DNA of 64,000 bases from Candidatus Latescibacterota bacterium (GCA_965200315.1 OZ241362.1:1-64000), one strand, 5' to 3'. Shown: positions 1-9,179, numbered from the stretch's first letter. Notes: generated from the sequence alone by a model not told the origin. Numbers and translations are program-made.

Positions 1-838
1 CCGGGGTGGAAACGCCCCGGCCTCATTGAAGCTCGATCTCGCTTTGGATATGGGCCCGTATGGCCGACCCATTTCCGGGGTGGAAACGCCCCGGCCTCAT
101 TGAAGCCATGCCGCGCTGTTCGGGGATCGTTAGGACACCTGCAATTTCCGGGGTGGAAACGCCCCGGCCTCATTGAAGCAATCTCCACTGTTACGGGTTT
201 CATTAGCGCCCCTCCGATTTCCGGGGTGGAAACGCCCCGGCCTCATTGAAGCACTTGTTGCTCAAGGTGCTCAATCCTCAATTCCTGCATTTCCGGGGTG
301 GAAACGCCCCGGCCTCATTGAAGCGGGGTGCCTATACCGCATGCCCGTGCCCGTGCAGGCATATTTCCGGGGTGGAAACGCCCCGGCCTCATTGAAGCTC
401 CAGTTCTGCGACTTCCTTCTCCAGTTGGGCTAGAGATTTCCGGGGTGGAAACGCCCCGGCCTCATTGAAGCGGGGTGCCTATACCGCATGCCCGTGCCCG
501 TGCAGGCATATTTCCGGGGTGGAAACGCCCCGGCCTCATTGAAGCGCTCGATGTTGTCGAAATTCAGCATGATTCAATCCTCCATTTCCGGGGTGGAAAC
601 GCCCCGGCCTCATTGAAGCCTTCTGCCTATGCGAGTCATTCATGCCTCAATCATCATTTCCGGGGTGGAAACGCCCCGGCCTCATTGAAGCGACGGCGGC
701 GCGGCGCTATGGAAGCAGACATAGACGCATTTCCGGGGTGGAAACGCCCCGGCCTCATTGAAGCAAGTTACGCAGGTCGGGGGCATGATCGGTATGGTGG
801 CGATTTCCGGGGTGGAAACGCCCCGGCCTCATTGAAGC
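1..838 (+). CRISPR. CRISPR array 1, type I-G (I-U)-like; 12 repeats (first truncated by the window edge), 11 spacers
   Basis: 36-bp repeat ATTTCCGGGGTGGAAACGCCCCGGCCTCATTGAAGC at 1 (partial), 71, 144, 217, 289, 363, 436, 510, 584, 656, 729, 803; spacers 36-38 bp. The CCGGGG/CCCCGG hairpin and ATTGAAGC 3' end are typical of I-G repeats. Confidence 0.97.
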
Positions 839-867
839 CTAGCGCGATGTTTGCCCGCACCGGCATC

Positions 868-1021
868 CGGGAGACGATATCGTCTTGGGGCGTACGGGCG
901 AAATCCTGAGTTGCCCGTGGCACGGCTGGGAATACGACGTGCGCACGGGCCGCTCGCTGTGCAGCCGAACAAGGTGTGGGTGTAGGAAGAGTGGGTATGG
1001 GTCGAAATCGCGGACGAGTGA
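868..1021 (+). pseudogene. Rieske [2Fe-2S] ferredoxin 3' remnant
   Basis: GEILSCPWHGWEYDVRTG (second Rieske motif CPxHG). The first CxH motif is absent; the tail EEWVWVEIADE* is in another frame. Confidence 0.7.
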
Positions 1022-1057
1022 TTGCGGATGGACGCTTGGGCTCGGCAAAATGAGATA

Positions 1058-1348
1058 CTATTCGGCGGGTTCCAATTCCTTTGACTCCTCCAGTTCCAGC
1101 TTCAAGCCCAGTGCTTTACACACTTTGAGGAGAGTAGTAACATTGCAGCTTGCACCGTTTTCTAACTTGGACAATTGCTGCTGAGTTACTTGGGCTTGTT
1201 GGGCGACCTCTTTTTGAGATTTGCCTGATTTGTCTCGGGCAGCCACAAGTTGCAGGGACAGCTCAGCCAACTGCCTTTCCTCCTCATGCATTTTGCGAAA
1301 CCGCTCGTCTTGGAGCTTCTCTCTGAGATGGGCTGCAAAGGTCTGCAT
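1058..1348 (-). CDS. XRE-family HTH protein (HigA-like antitoxin, no adjacent toxin)
   Basis: SQKEVAQQAQVTQQQLSKLENG...TLLKVCKALG, an HTH_3 pattern. Confidence 0.85.
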   Translation of the reverse strand: MQTFAAHLREKLQDERFRKMHEEERQLAELSLQLVAARDKSGKSQKEVAQQAQVTQQQLSKLENGASCNVTTLLKVCKALGLKLELEESKELEPAE

Positions 1349-1395
1349 CAGAACAGTTGGCGTTCGTCAAACCGATCCGGTGGATCGGATGGGTA

Positions 1396-2382
1396 TTACC
1401 TCGGCACTGGGATGGGCACCGGCGCGTTTCCTCGTTTTTGCGATGTTAAAAACCCGATAATCAGCTCTACTACGAGGTGGCCGGCCCGCCCCGGCGAAAT
1501 CGATTCGACGCCTTGGTCGATGGATGCGATAAGCTCGTGGATGCCGGCCGGAATGCCCTCGACCGGCCAAGAAGGCGGCGCGAGGGGTTCGGGTGCTTCG
1601 CCGCGATACAGGGTGCCGCCATCGCTGACGAGCACTAGTCGTCCGGTAGTGCCGACCACTTCGAGTTGCTGCTTGGGTGCTGGCGTGGTCTTGGAGCCGC
1701 CGATGTAGAAGCCTCGCACCCCCCCAGCAAAGTGAATGTACCCGTTGGCGCCCGGCTCGGTGGCTGGCACGTGGCCGCCGTCGCCGCGGTACTCGGCGTA
1801 GTCCTCGTACCCTTCTTCCAGCTCGGCGACGACCCACTGAGGCTGCTCACCTGCGTAGTAGCATATAGCGTCGAGCGTGTGGGTGCCGTTGCGGAAGAGC
1901 ATGGCGCGCGGGCCGGAGAGCGTGCCGATGACGTATTGCACCGGGCCGATGACGCCTTGATCGACGATCGCTTCTTTGGCGTACCGCCACAGGGGGATGA
2001 AGCGCCGGGTGTGATCGACCGACAGGGTGGTGTTGTTGGCGTCGCAAGCGGCGATCATGCGGTCGGCGTCTGCGAGGCTGGTAGCCAGCGGCTTTTCGCA
2101 GAAGATGCCCTTGGCCCCGGCATTGGCCGCATCGACGACGAGGTCGGCGTGGCGGTGGTCCGAGGTGGCGACAGTGACGATGTCGAGCGACTCGCGGGCC
2201 AGCATCTCGCGGTGATCGCGGTATAGGGTAAGCTCTTCGTCTGGCCAGCGTTGCGCGAATTCAGCGAGGGTCGCTTCGTCGAGGTCGCAAGCCGCCGCGA
2301 GGCGGGCGCGGTTTGAACTGACAATTCCGGTGGCATGGGCCACGCCAATGCCGCGGCAGCCAATAACTCCAGCTTTATACAT
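1396..2382 (-). CDS. Gfo/Idh/MocA family oxidoreductase
   Basis: GVIGCRGIG Rossmann motif, IFCEKPLA motif; ATG at 2382 with AAGGAG RBS. Confidence 0.92.
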   Translation of the reverse strand: MYKAGVIGCRGIGVAHATGIVSSNRARLAAACDLDEATLAEFAQRWPDEELTLYRDHREMLARESLDIVTVATSDHRHADLVVDAANAGAKGIFCEKPLATSLADADRMIAACDANNTTLSVDHTRRFIPLWRYAKEAIVDQGVIGPVQYVIGTLSGPRAMLFRNGTHTLDAICYYAGEQPQWVVAELEEGYEDYAEYRGDGGHVPATEPGANGYIHFAGGVRGFYIGGSKTTPAPKQQLEVVGTTGRLVLVSDGGTLYRGEAPEPLAPPSWPVEGIPAGIHELIASIDQGVESISPGRAGHLVVELIIGFLTSQKRGNAPVPIPVPR

Positions 2383-2396
2383 AAGTAATTCTCCTT

Positions 2397-3416
2397 TTAT
2401 GGACGCCACTGTCGGGCGTGCTGCATGAAAATGGTTGGATCAGCGAGCCACTCGCCGTAGCCAATGCGCCGGCTGTCCGTAAGGTAGTTAATTTTGTCGT
2501 CGATGCAGGCCATCAGGTCGGCATCCGCCACAGAGAGCGTGAACCCGCCGTGTTCGACGGCCGCGTCGAGGGCTGTGACCACAAACGCGCCCTCGGAAGC
2601 GTGGCTCGCGTCGCGGTTGCCGATTTCGCCGCGGGCGACGGCGTCGATGGTGCCGTTGCCGAGGGCGTCTAGCAAATCCACTTCGCCGGTCTCCTGCCCT
2701 AGGTACATCACTTGCGGCATGTCGTCAGCGGACGGCTCCAGCCGCCGCCGGTCCGCGAGATTGGACGACGAGCCGACCGCGGTGATGGTGTAATCAGCCG
2801 TGCCGTCGGCCACGAGCTCGCCGTCGGTCGTCTCAATGCGTGTGCCAGCGGTGAGTACGCCGTTTGTATTGACGAGGCCCGTCAGTTCCAGCAGGCGGGC
2901 CTCGCCCGTAGTGCCGCTTAGTACACCCACCCGATGTTCACTGGTCAGGTCGCTGTGGGTGACAAGGCGCTCGGCGTCTTCGGCCCGGACCAGCAGCGAT
3001 TGGCGAAAGGCGATGTGGCCGGACGTAAAGTTTACGACGTGTTTGCCGGCCGCATCGCGGGTGCGGGTGTCGAGGATGGTGATGCCGCCGCCGACCAAGT
3101 CGTAGTCCGGCCCGGCCGATTGGAGCCATATATCGGGCCACTCGGCAATGCCGCTGCGTTCAAAGGACAGGCCCGCGCCGTCCATGGCCTCTAGAGCGGT
3201 CAGCAAGTCCGCCTCGTACCCGCGATGTTCGTTGAATCCGCCCGTGCCCGGATCTGAGTCTGCGCTGTAACTGACCGGCGCGAAAAAGGCGTAGAACCCG
3301 AGTTGCAGCATCTGTCCGTCGCTACAAGCTGCTGAGGTTGCGTCGTTGGGCGAGGCCGACGAGCAGGCGGCGAGAAAGAGAGCCAAGGATGCGGGAAAGA
3401 ATGAGGGCATATCCAT
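2397..3416 (-). CDS. ABC transporter substrate-binding lipoprotein (SBP family 3-like)
   Basis: Lipobox LFLAAC; GYEADLL, GGITILDTR, VGVLSGTTGE, DAVARGE motifs; AAGGAG RBS. Confidence 0.75.
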   Translation of the reverse strand: MDMPSFFPASLALFLAACSSASPNDATSAACSDGQMLQLGFYAFFAPVSYSADSDPGTGGFNEHRGYEADLLTALEAMDGAGLSFERSGIAEWPDIWLQSAGPDYDLVGGGITILDTRTRDAAGKHVVNFTSGHIAFRQSLLVRAEDAERLVTHSDLTSEHRVGVLSGTTGEARLLELTGLVNTNGVLTAGTRIETTDGELVADGTADYTITAVGSSSNLADRRRLEPSADDMPQVMYLGQETGEVDLLDALGNGTIDAVARGEIGNRDASHASEGAFVVTALDAAVEHGGFTLSVADADLMACIDDKINYLTDSRRIGYGEWLADPTIFMQHARQWRP

Positions 3417-3499
3417 GTATCTCCTTTGGCAGTCGGTTGGGATGGGGAATATGACGAGGAGGAGGGCATGGGGCAAACTTTGGGAGGCGATAGGACACT

Positions 3500-4837
3500 T
3501 CACACTGCATAGGGCACAGTGCCGCGGGCATCTACTTGGTAGCCCCAGCGTTTGAGGTAGGCCGGGCCGGGTAAGAAGCGGTCGTCGGCTGCGGCGAGGC
3601 GGCGCGTTAGGGCCGCGTCTAATTCGTCGAGCAAGTCCTGCTGGCCGGGCTGGCCTACGAGGTTGTCCTGCTGGAAGGGGTCGGCCTCGTTGTCGTAGAG
3701 CAGCCACGGGCCTTCTAAGGTGCGCACGTATGTGTGGCGGCGGGTGCGCAAGCCCCGATACGACCGGCCACCGACGCCGGTCCACCACTGCCCAAAGGGA
3801 TGGGGGCACTGCAAGAGTGCGTTGCCGTCCGACGGGTCGGGGCCGCCTCGCAGGTACGCGGAAAAGTCGATTCCTTCTACGGAGGAAGGAATCGGCAGGC
3901 CGCACAGGCCCAGCAGGGTCGGCATGATGTCGGGCAGGTCAATGGGCGCGTCGAGTTCGGCGGCGTCCATTCCCGGATAGCGCAGCAGGAACGGTACGCG
4001 GATGGATTCTTCAAAGGGCTTTTGCTTTTTGTCCATGCCCTGCGAGCCGAGCATGTCGCCGTGATCCGAGAAGAATAGAAAGATGGTGTCTTGCGCCAAT
4101 TTTTCCTCCTGCAAGGTCTGGAGCAACAGGCCAGCGCAGTCGTCCAAGGCCGTGCAATGGGCATAGTACCCGGCGAGCCACTGCTGTGCGCTCTCGGCCC
4201 AGTCGGCTGGTATATTGGGCCGCAGGGCGATAGCGGCTGGATCGTACCGGGCTTGGTACGCTGCCGGGGCCGTGTGATAGGGGGCGTGCGGTGGCCCCCA
4301 CGATAGGACCAGTAAAAAGGGTTTGTCGCCGCGATTGCGCAGGTACGCTTGGGCGTCGCGGGTTTGGGCCAAGGCGTCGTAGCCTTCCCACACGAGCTGC
4401 TCGTCCGAGTGGCCGGCATAATACGCGGAATGGTTGTAGTTGTGGGTGCATTCAAGCACCTTCCAGTACTCGAAACCCTGCCGCCGCTCGGGCGGGATAT
4501 AGCGGGAGCGGCCCTCGCCATTGACGTGCCACTTGCCGATGTAGGCTGTGTCGTAGCCGCCCGTGCTGAAAGCCTGCGCGAGGCTGGTGGCGTTTTGGCC
4601 CAGCTCTACGTCGTTGACAAAGACGCCGTGCGTGAGGGGGTATTGGCCGGTCAGGAGCGAGGCCCGCGCTGGCGAGCATACCGAGCAGCCCGACACTGCA
4701 TGAGTGCAGTTGACGCTGCGGCTGGCTAGTGCGTCTAAATTAGGGGTTTGCACGTTGGGGTCGCCGGCGTACCCAAAGGCTTGGGCGCGCCATTGGTCGG
4801 CGAAGACGAGAACGACATTCGGCTGTTTGGTGGGCAC
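3500..4837 (-). CDS. Sulfatase (formylglycine-dependent)
   Basis: PNVVLVFADQ, CSPARASLLTG (CxPxR), GKWH, SDHGDMLG; GTG start with AGGAG RBS. Confidence 0.95.
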   Translation of the reverse strand: MPTKQPNVVLVFADQWRAQAFGYAGDPNVQTPNLDALASRSVNCTHAVSGCSVCSPARASLLTGQYPLTHGVFVNDVELGQNATSLAQAFSTGGYDTAYIGKWHVNGEGRSRYIPPERRQGFEYWKVLECTHNYNHSAYYAGHSDEQLVWEGYDALAQTRDAQAYLRNRGDKPFLLVLSWGPPHAPYHTAPAAYQARYDPAAIALRPNIPADWAESAQQWLAGYYAHCTALDDCAGLLLQTLQEEKLAQDTIFLFFSDHGDMLGSQGMDKKQKPFEESIRVPFLLRYPGMDAAELDAPIDLPDIMPTLLGLCGLPIPSSVEGIDFSAYLRGGPDPSDGNALLQCPHPFGQWWTGVGGRSYRGLRTRRHTYVRTLEGPWLLYDNEADPFQQDNLVGQPGQQDLLDELDAALTRRLAAADDRFLPGPAYLKRWGYQVDARGTVPYAV

Positions 4838-4967
4838 GGCGCGTCTCCTGAGTTGGGATGAACAGCCCCCAATATCTTCGCGTCGGGGGGTGGCTGTCAA
4901 CATTGACCGGGTTCGGTGTGCGCGGTACTTTGGCCGGCCGGTGACGCCTTGTCTGGAGGATCCACCC

Positions 4968-6515
4968 ATGAGCAAACGCAGATTACCCATCGGCATTCAG
5001 ACTTTTCGCAAAATTCGACAAGAGGACTGCTACTATGTCGATAAGACCGCTTACATCCGGCGGCTGCTCGACGAAGGTACTCATTACTTCCTGTCGCGTC
5101 CCCGGCGCTTTGGCAAGAGCCTGTTTTTGGACACGCTCAAGGAGGTGTTCGAGGGCAATGAGCCGCTGTTTGCCGGGCTAGACATCCACGACCGTTGGGA
5201 CTGGTTGGTGCGCCATCCTGTCCTGCGGCTCGACTTTGGCAGCGGCAACTTCAAGGAGGCAGGCTACCTGCATACGAGTGTGATGGCGCAACTGGACGCC
5301 GTGGCCGAAGAAGCGGGTATTGCGGCCCGCTACGACGCGGCCCCAGAGCGCTTTCGCGACCTGATTCGAGCGTTGCATCGGCAGGTTGGGCAGCGCGTTG
5401 TCGTGCTGGTCGATGAGTACGACAAGCCGATTCTGGACGCGCTAGAGGTGCCGGACATCGCCCGTGCCAACCGCGACTTTCTGCGCGGTCTGTATTCGAC
5501 GATCAAGGCCAGCGACGCGCACGTCCGCTTCACGTTCATCACCGGGGTGAGCAAATTCTCCAAGGTTAGCTTGTTTTCCGGCCTCAATAATCTGAAGGAC
5601 ATCACCTTGGACCCGCGCTATGCGGCTCTGTGCGGCTACACCGAGGCCGATCTGGACGCAGTATTCGCGCCGGAGTTGCCGGGCCTCGACCGAGAGCAAA
5701 TCCGCGATTGGTACAACGGCTATAGCTGGCGGGGCGACGAGAAGGTGTACAACCCCTTTGACATCCTGCTTTTGTTCGACAGCCGCGAGTTCAAAGCGCA
5801 TTGGTTTGAGACGGGTACGCCGACGTTTCTGGTCGAAACGCTGTGCAATCGACACGTCAGTTCGTTGGAGTTGGGACAGATGATCGGCAGCGACGAGTTG
5901 CTCTCGACCTTTGACGTGGATGCCATAGCGACCGAGGCGCTGCTATTCCAGACTGGCTACCTGACGATAACCGACGTCGAGGACTTGGGCGGTGAACTCG
6001 TCTATCAGTTGGGCTATCCCAACCGCGAGGTGCGGCAGAGCCTCAACCGCAGCCTGCTGCGTTATTTGGTAAAAGACGCTACGCGGCAGATGGCCAACAG
6101 CGTGCGGCTGTATCGGCTATTAGAAGCTAATGACTGCACCGGGCTGGAGACGCTGTTTCACGCCTTCTTCGCCAGCATTCCCTACGAGTGGTACACCAAC
6201 AATGACATTGCGAATTACGAGGGGTACTACGCGAGCGTGTTTTACTCCTATTTCGCGGGGCTAGGGCTGGACATCAAGGTGGAGGACAGCAGTAGCCACG
6301 GCCGCTTGGACATGGCGGTTTTGTTCAACGGCCGCGTCTATCTATTTGAGTTTAAGGTGGTCGAGATAGCGTCCGAGGGTGCCGCGATGGCGCAGTTGCA
6401 GGAGCGGCGGTATGCGGATAAGTACCGCGCCTTGGGGCAGCCGATATACCTGATTGGCGTGGAGTTCAGCAAGGACGAGCGCAATGTCGCGGCCTTTGAC
6501 GTCGAGCGGGCATGA
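4968..6515 (+). CDS. AAA-ATPase-like protein with C-terminal PD-(D/E)XK nuclease (PF09820 + PDDEXK_9 type)
   Basis: LPIGIQTF, YYVDKT, RPRRFGKS Walker A, LVDEYDKP Walker B, GRLD...FEFK nuclease motif. Confidence 0.93.
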   Translation: MSKRRLPIGIQTFRKIRQEDCYYVDKTAYIRRLLDEGTHYFLSRPRRFGKSLFLDTLKEVFEGNEPLFAGLDIHDRWDWLVRHPVLRLDFGSGNFKEAGYLHTSVMAQLDAVAEEAGIAARYDAAPERFRDLIRALHRQVGQRVVVLVDEYDKPILDALEVPDIARANRDFLRGLYSTIKASDAHVRFTFITGVSKFSKVSLFSGLNNLKDITLDPRYAALCGYTEADLDAVFAPELPGLDREQIRDWYNGYSWRGDEKVYNPFDILLLFDSREFKAHWFETGTPTFLVETLCNRHVSSLELGQMIGSDELLSTFDVDAIATEALLFQTGYLTITDVEDLGGELVYQLGYPNREVRQSLNRSLLRYLVKDATRQMANSVRLYRLLEANDCTGLETLFHAFFASIPYEWYTNNDIANYEGYYASVFYSYFAGLGLDIKVEDSSSHGRLDMAVLFNGRVYLFEFKVVEIASEGAAMAQLQERRYADKYRALGQPIYLIGVEFSKDERNVAAFDVERA

Positions 6516-6638
6516 AGCGGAGGCTGGCTAGTTCTGAGCCGACGGCTGAACAGCCGCCAACAGGGGGCATCGATCGGGTTCAATGTACGCGGTTCAATCG
6601 AATTCTACCGAATTGAACTCACCCACGAGAGGAAAACC

Positions 6639-7117
6639 ATGAGAGGTCGCAACATTGCCGCAGCAGTAGTAATTGCAGGAATCGCCGTTGGCTCGATCGC
6701 CGTCGCCCACGAGGACCACGACAAGGCTCCCGAATCCACGGCGTTCACCGCGATGACGCCGATTCTGAACGTCGCAAGCGTCGAGGCGAGCATTGAGCAC
6801 TACACCTTGGTGCTCGGTTTCAACAAGGACTGGGACTGGCCAGCCGAGGAGGAGGACAAGACCTTTGCCTCCATATCCAATGGCGAGGTACACGTCTTTC
6901 TCGCCGAGAATTCGCAGGGTGCCCGGCCGGTGTGGATCTACTACAACGTCGGGGATGTTGACAAGCTGCTCGAGGAGTATGTGGCGGCGGGGGCGACCAT
7001 AAAGAAGGAGCCTGTTGACGAGCCTTGGGGGCGCGGGAAATGCTAGTGGAGGATTTGGATGGGCATGTTCTGCGGATTGGCGGGCCTAGCAAGGAGGGGG
7101 ATGGTGAAAGTGAGTGA
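6639..7117 (+). pseudogene. VOC/glyoxalase-bleomycin resistance family protein with signal peptide; frameshifted near the 3' end
   Basis: TPILNVASVEASIEHY...LGF, PVDEPWG; continuation (A)REMLVEDLDGHVLRIG needs one extra G in the G-run at 7027-7031. This may be a sequencing error. Confidence 0.8.
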
Positions 7118-7159
7118 GGCACAAAGCAGCCTTCAGGAAAATTTGTGTACCAACGCCCT

Positions 7160-7480
7160 ATGAATCCGACATTGGATATTCTGTTTCGCGTCACTGGCAA
7201 GGAAGTACCCAGCGACCATGGATACGCGCTGTATAGTGCGCTTTCCCGCATTCTGGAGACCGAGAAAGTCGTGAACGGTTATGGGGAACGATTGCAGTAT
7301 TCCCTATTCCGGTACCACTTGACGCGAGTGCAGATGGAACAGGCGCGGCACGAGCTGGAGAAGGTGATGGGGGAAGAGGATGACTTGCTCGTGATCCGAC
7401 TCTCACCGCGCTGCAAAATCGTAGAGCGCACTGAAAGAAGAACGTGGACCGAGCCGCCACCTCGGTTTGATATCGTTTAG
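7160..7480 (+). pseudogene. In-frame chimera of Cas6 (MYXAN/I-B type) N-terminus and Cas2 C-terminus; scar of a deleted cas operon
   Basis: LDILFRVTGKEVPSDHGYALYSALSRIL matches a Cas6-MYXAN N-terminus; KVVNGYGERLQYSLF...DDLLVIRL matches the Cas2 core lacking its N-terminal YD motif. It lies directly upstream of the leader and array. Confidence 0.88.
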
Positions 7481-7731
7481 TGTGCTTGCTGGACGGCAAG
7501 CACTGCCAGATGGACAAAAGCCGCATGAGGGAAGATGTAAGTGTCACACGTAATTTCAATGCTTTAGGTAGGTACAGGCTGCTGTGAGATACTTGTCGCT
7601 TATAAATACCGGAAATATCAGTACTTTTCGCGCCGAGAAGCGTAGTGAAATGGGGATGTGCAGCAGATTCAGGATAGTACATGACATTCTGGTATATTCG
7701 TCCTACAAAAACAAACACTTATACACATACT
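7481..7731 (+). promoter_or_regulatory. CRISPR leader of array 2
   Basis: AT-rich non-coding stretch between the cas2 stop and the first repeat. Confidence 0.7.
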
Positions 7732-8188
7732 GTGCAGCAACCTTTGATGCCGAAAGGCGTTGAGCACTACGCGATTCAGTATCCCTATGACATTGTGGGC
7801 TTGGTGCAGCAACCTTTGATGCCGAAAGGCGTTGAGCACTAACACTCGCTCAGCCACCACCGCCGCGTGGCCCGGTGCAGCAACCTTTGATGCCGAAAGG
7901 CGTTGAGCACAATATGTCTTTGACCTATGGTACAAGGCGCGAGTGTGCAGCAACCTTTGATGCCGAAAGGCGTTGAGCACTAGGCGAGGGCCATAGCTTT
8001 GGTTTTTTCGCGGTTGGTGCAGCAACCTTTGATGCCGAAAGGCGTTGAGCACTTCTGAACAGTTGCCATCTATTAACCCCTTTGGTGTGCAGCAACCTTT
8101 GATGCCGAAAGGCGTTGAGCACTGGTTCAATGCGGTACATGCCCTCGAAGCGAAGTTAGTGCAGCAACCTTTGATGCCGAAAGGCGTT
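7732..8188 (+). CRISPR. CRISPR array 2, type I-B/MYXAN-like; 6 full repeats plus 1 truncated, 6 spacers
   Basis: 36-bp repeat GTGCAGCAACCTTTGATGCCGAAAGGCGTTGAGCAC at 7732, 7804, 7875, 7945, 8017, 8087, partial at 8159; spacers 34-36 bp; GATGCCG..AGGCGTTGAGCAC is the MYXAN-type repeat core. Confidence 0.96.
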
Positions 8189-8388
8189 TCCACCCCGGCC
8201 TCATTGAAGCAGTGGTGGAGAAGGAGTATTTTAGTCAATGGAACAGATTTCCGGGGCGTCTCCGCCTTGGCCTCATTGAATTAGGCATGTGGTAGATTTG
8301 GCTATATTGGAGGCCGCTTTTGCAATTCCCGGGAAGGCAGGTCGCGTAGGCAGCCTCCGGGATAGAGACGGCCCGGCCTGATTGAAGA
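8183..8388 (+). CRISPR. Degenerate trailer of a type I-G-like array fused to array 2
   Basis: GGCGTTTCCACCCCGGCCTCATTGAAGC (8183-8210), a 36-bp spacer, ATTTCCGGGGCGTCTCCGCCTTGGCCTCATTGAATT (8247-8282), and a weaker copy GCCTCCGGGATAGAGACGGCCCGGCCTGATTGAAGA (8353-8388). Confidence 0.8.
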
Positions 8389-8399
8389 AAGCAAGCACC

Positions 8400-9179
8400 A
8401 TGAGCAACCTCGAAACGCTGCAATACCTATTCGACGTGCAGGGCTATTTGGTGCTCGAAAACGTCCTCAGCGCCGAGGAAGTGGCCGCCCTCAACCGCTT
8501 GCTCGACGCGCACCTGCTGCCGGCACAGGGCAACCGCTTTGGTGCCGCCCCCGCTGGCTCGGGCTTTTTGGCGTGGGGCCAGCCCTTTATCGACCTGCTC
8601 GACCACCCCCAGATCATGCCCGTGCTGCGCTTCCGCTTGGGCGACTGCTTCCGCCTCGACCGAATTTACGGCTTGTGTCTGCGCCACGGCATGGCCAGAG
8701 GCGTCTTGCACAGCGACTACGGCCCCACGTCGCCCACCTCCGGGGCGCAGCCGGGCCAGTACCATCCTCTGCGCGACAACCAAATCCTCAACGGCTTTGT
8801 CGTGGCGACTTGGAACTTGACCGACGCCGGGCCAAGCGGCGGCGGCTTTTGCTGCATTCCCGGCAGCCACAAGAGCCATTTCAAACTGCCGCAACCGATT
8901 GCCGACGCGCCCGAACAGGCCCCCTGCGTGATCATCCCTTCGGCTCCGGCCGGCTCGGTCACCTTATTCACCGAGGCCCTGACGCACGGGACGGCCGCTT
9001 GGCACGGGCACCACCAGCGGCGCGCCTTGCTCTACAAATACTGCGTCTCGCAAATGGCCTGGACTAACAGGCGTGTACAACCGCCGGCCGGGCTGACCCG
9101 GCGGCAGCAAATCCTCTTTGGCGAGCCGGCCGATCCGCACCGCTTTTTCCCCTCGCTTTTTGAGGTGACGAGTTCGTGA
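8400..9179 (+). CDS. Phytanoyl-CoA dioxygenase (PhyH) family protein
   Basis: FDVQGYLVLENVL, LHSD (HxD), IPGSHK, distal HGT. Confidence 0.9.
   Translation: MSNLETLQYLFDVQGYLVLENVLSAEEVAALNRLLDAHLLPAQGNRFGAAPAGSGFLAWGQPFIDLLDHPQIMPVLRFRLGDCFRLDRIYGLCLRHGMARGVLHSDYGPTSPTSGAQPGQYHPLRDNQILNGFVVATWNLTDAGPSGGGFCCIPGSHKSHFKLPQPIADAPEQAPCVIIPSAPAGSVTLFTEALTHGTAAWHGHHQRRALLYKYCVSQMAWTNRRVQPPAGLTRRQQILFGEPADPHRFFPSLFEVTSS

Noticed and set aside
173-909. ORFs with repeated FPGWKRPGLIEA / FRGGNAPASLK peptides
   Set aside because: These are translations of CRISPR array 1 repeats.
4968-6515. AAA-PD-(D/E)XK protein as a novel Cas effector because it lies between arrays
   Set aside because: It belongs to a widespread stand-alone family, is separated from both arrays by unrelated genes, and the cas6/cas2 scar already explains array 2.
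7027-7031. Programmed frameshift or phase variation in the VOC gene
   Set aside because: Only a G5 run; a simple indel or homopolymer sequencing error is more likely.
33-8246. Self-targeting spacers within the window
   Set aside because: No convincing full-length match noticed by eye; an alignment is needed to exclude it.
7669-8284. ORFs with repeated VLNAFRHQRLLH peptides
   Set aside because: These are translations of CRISPR array 2 repeats.
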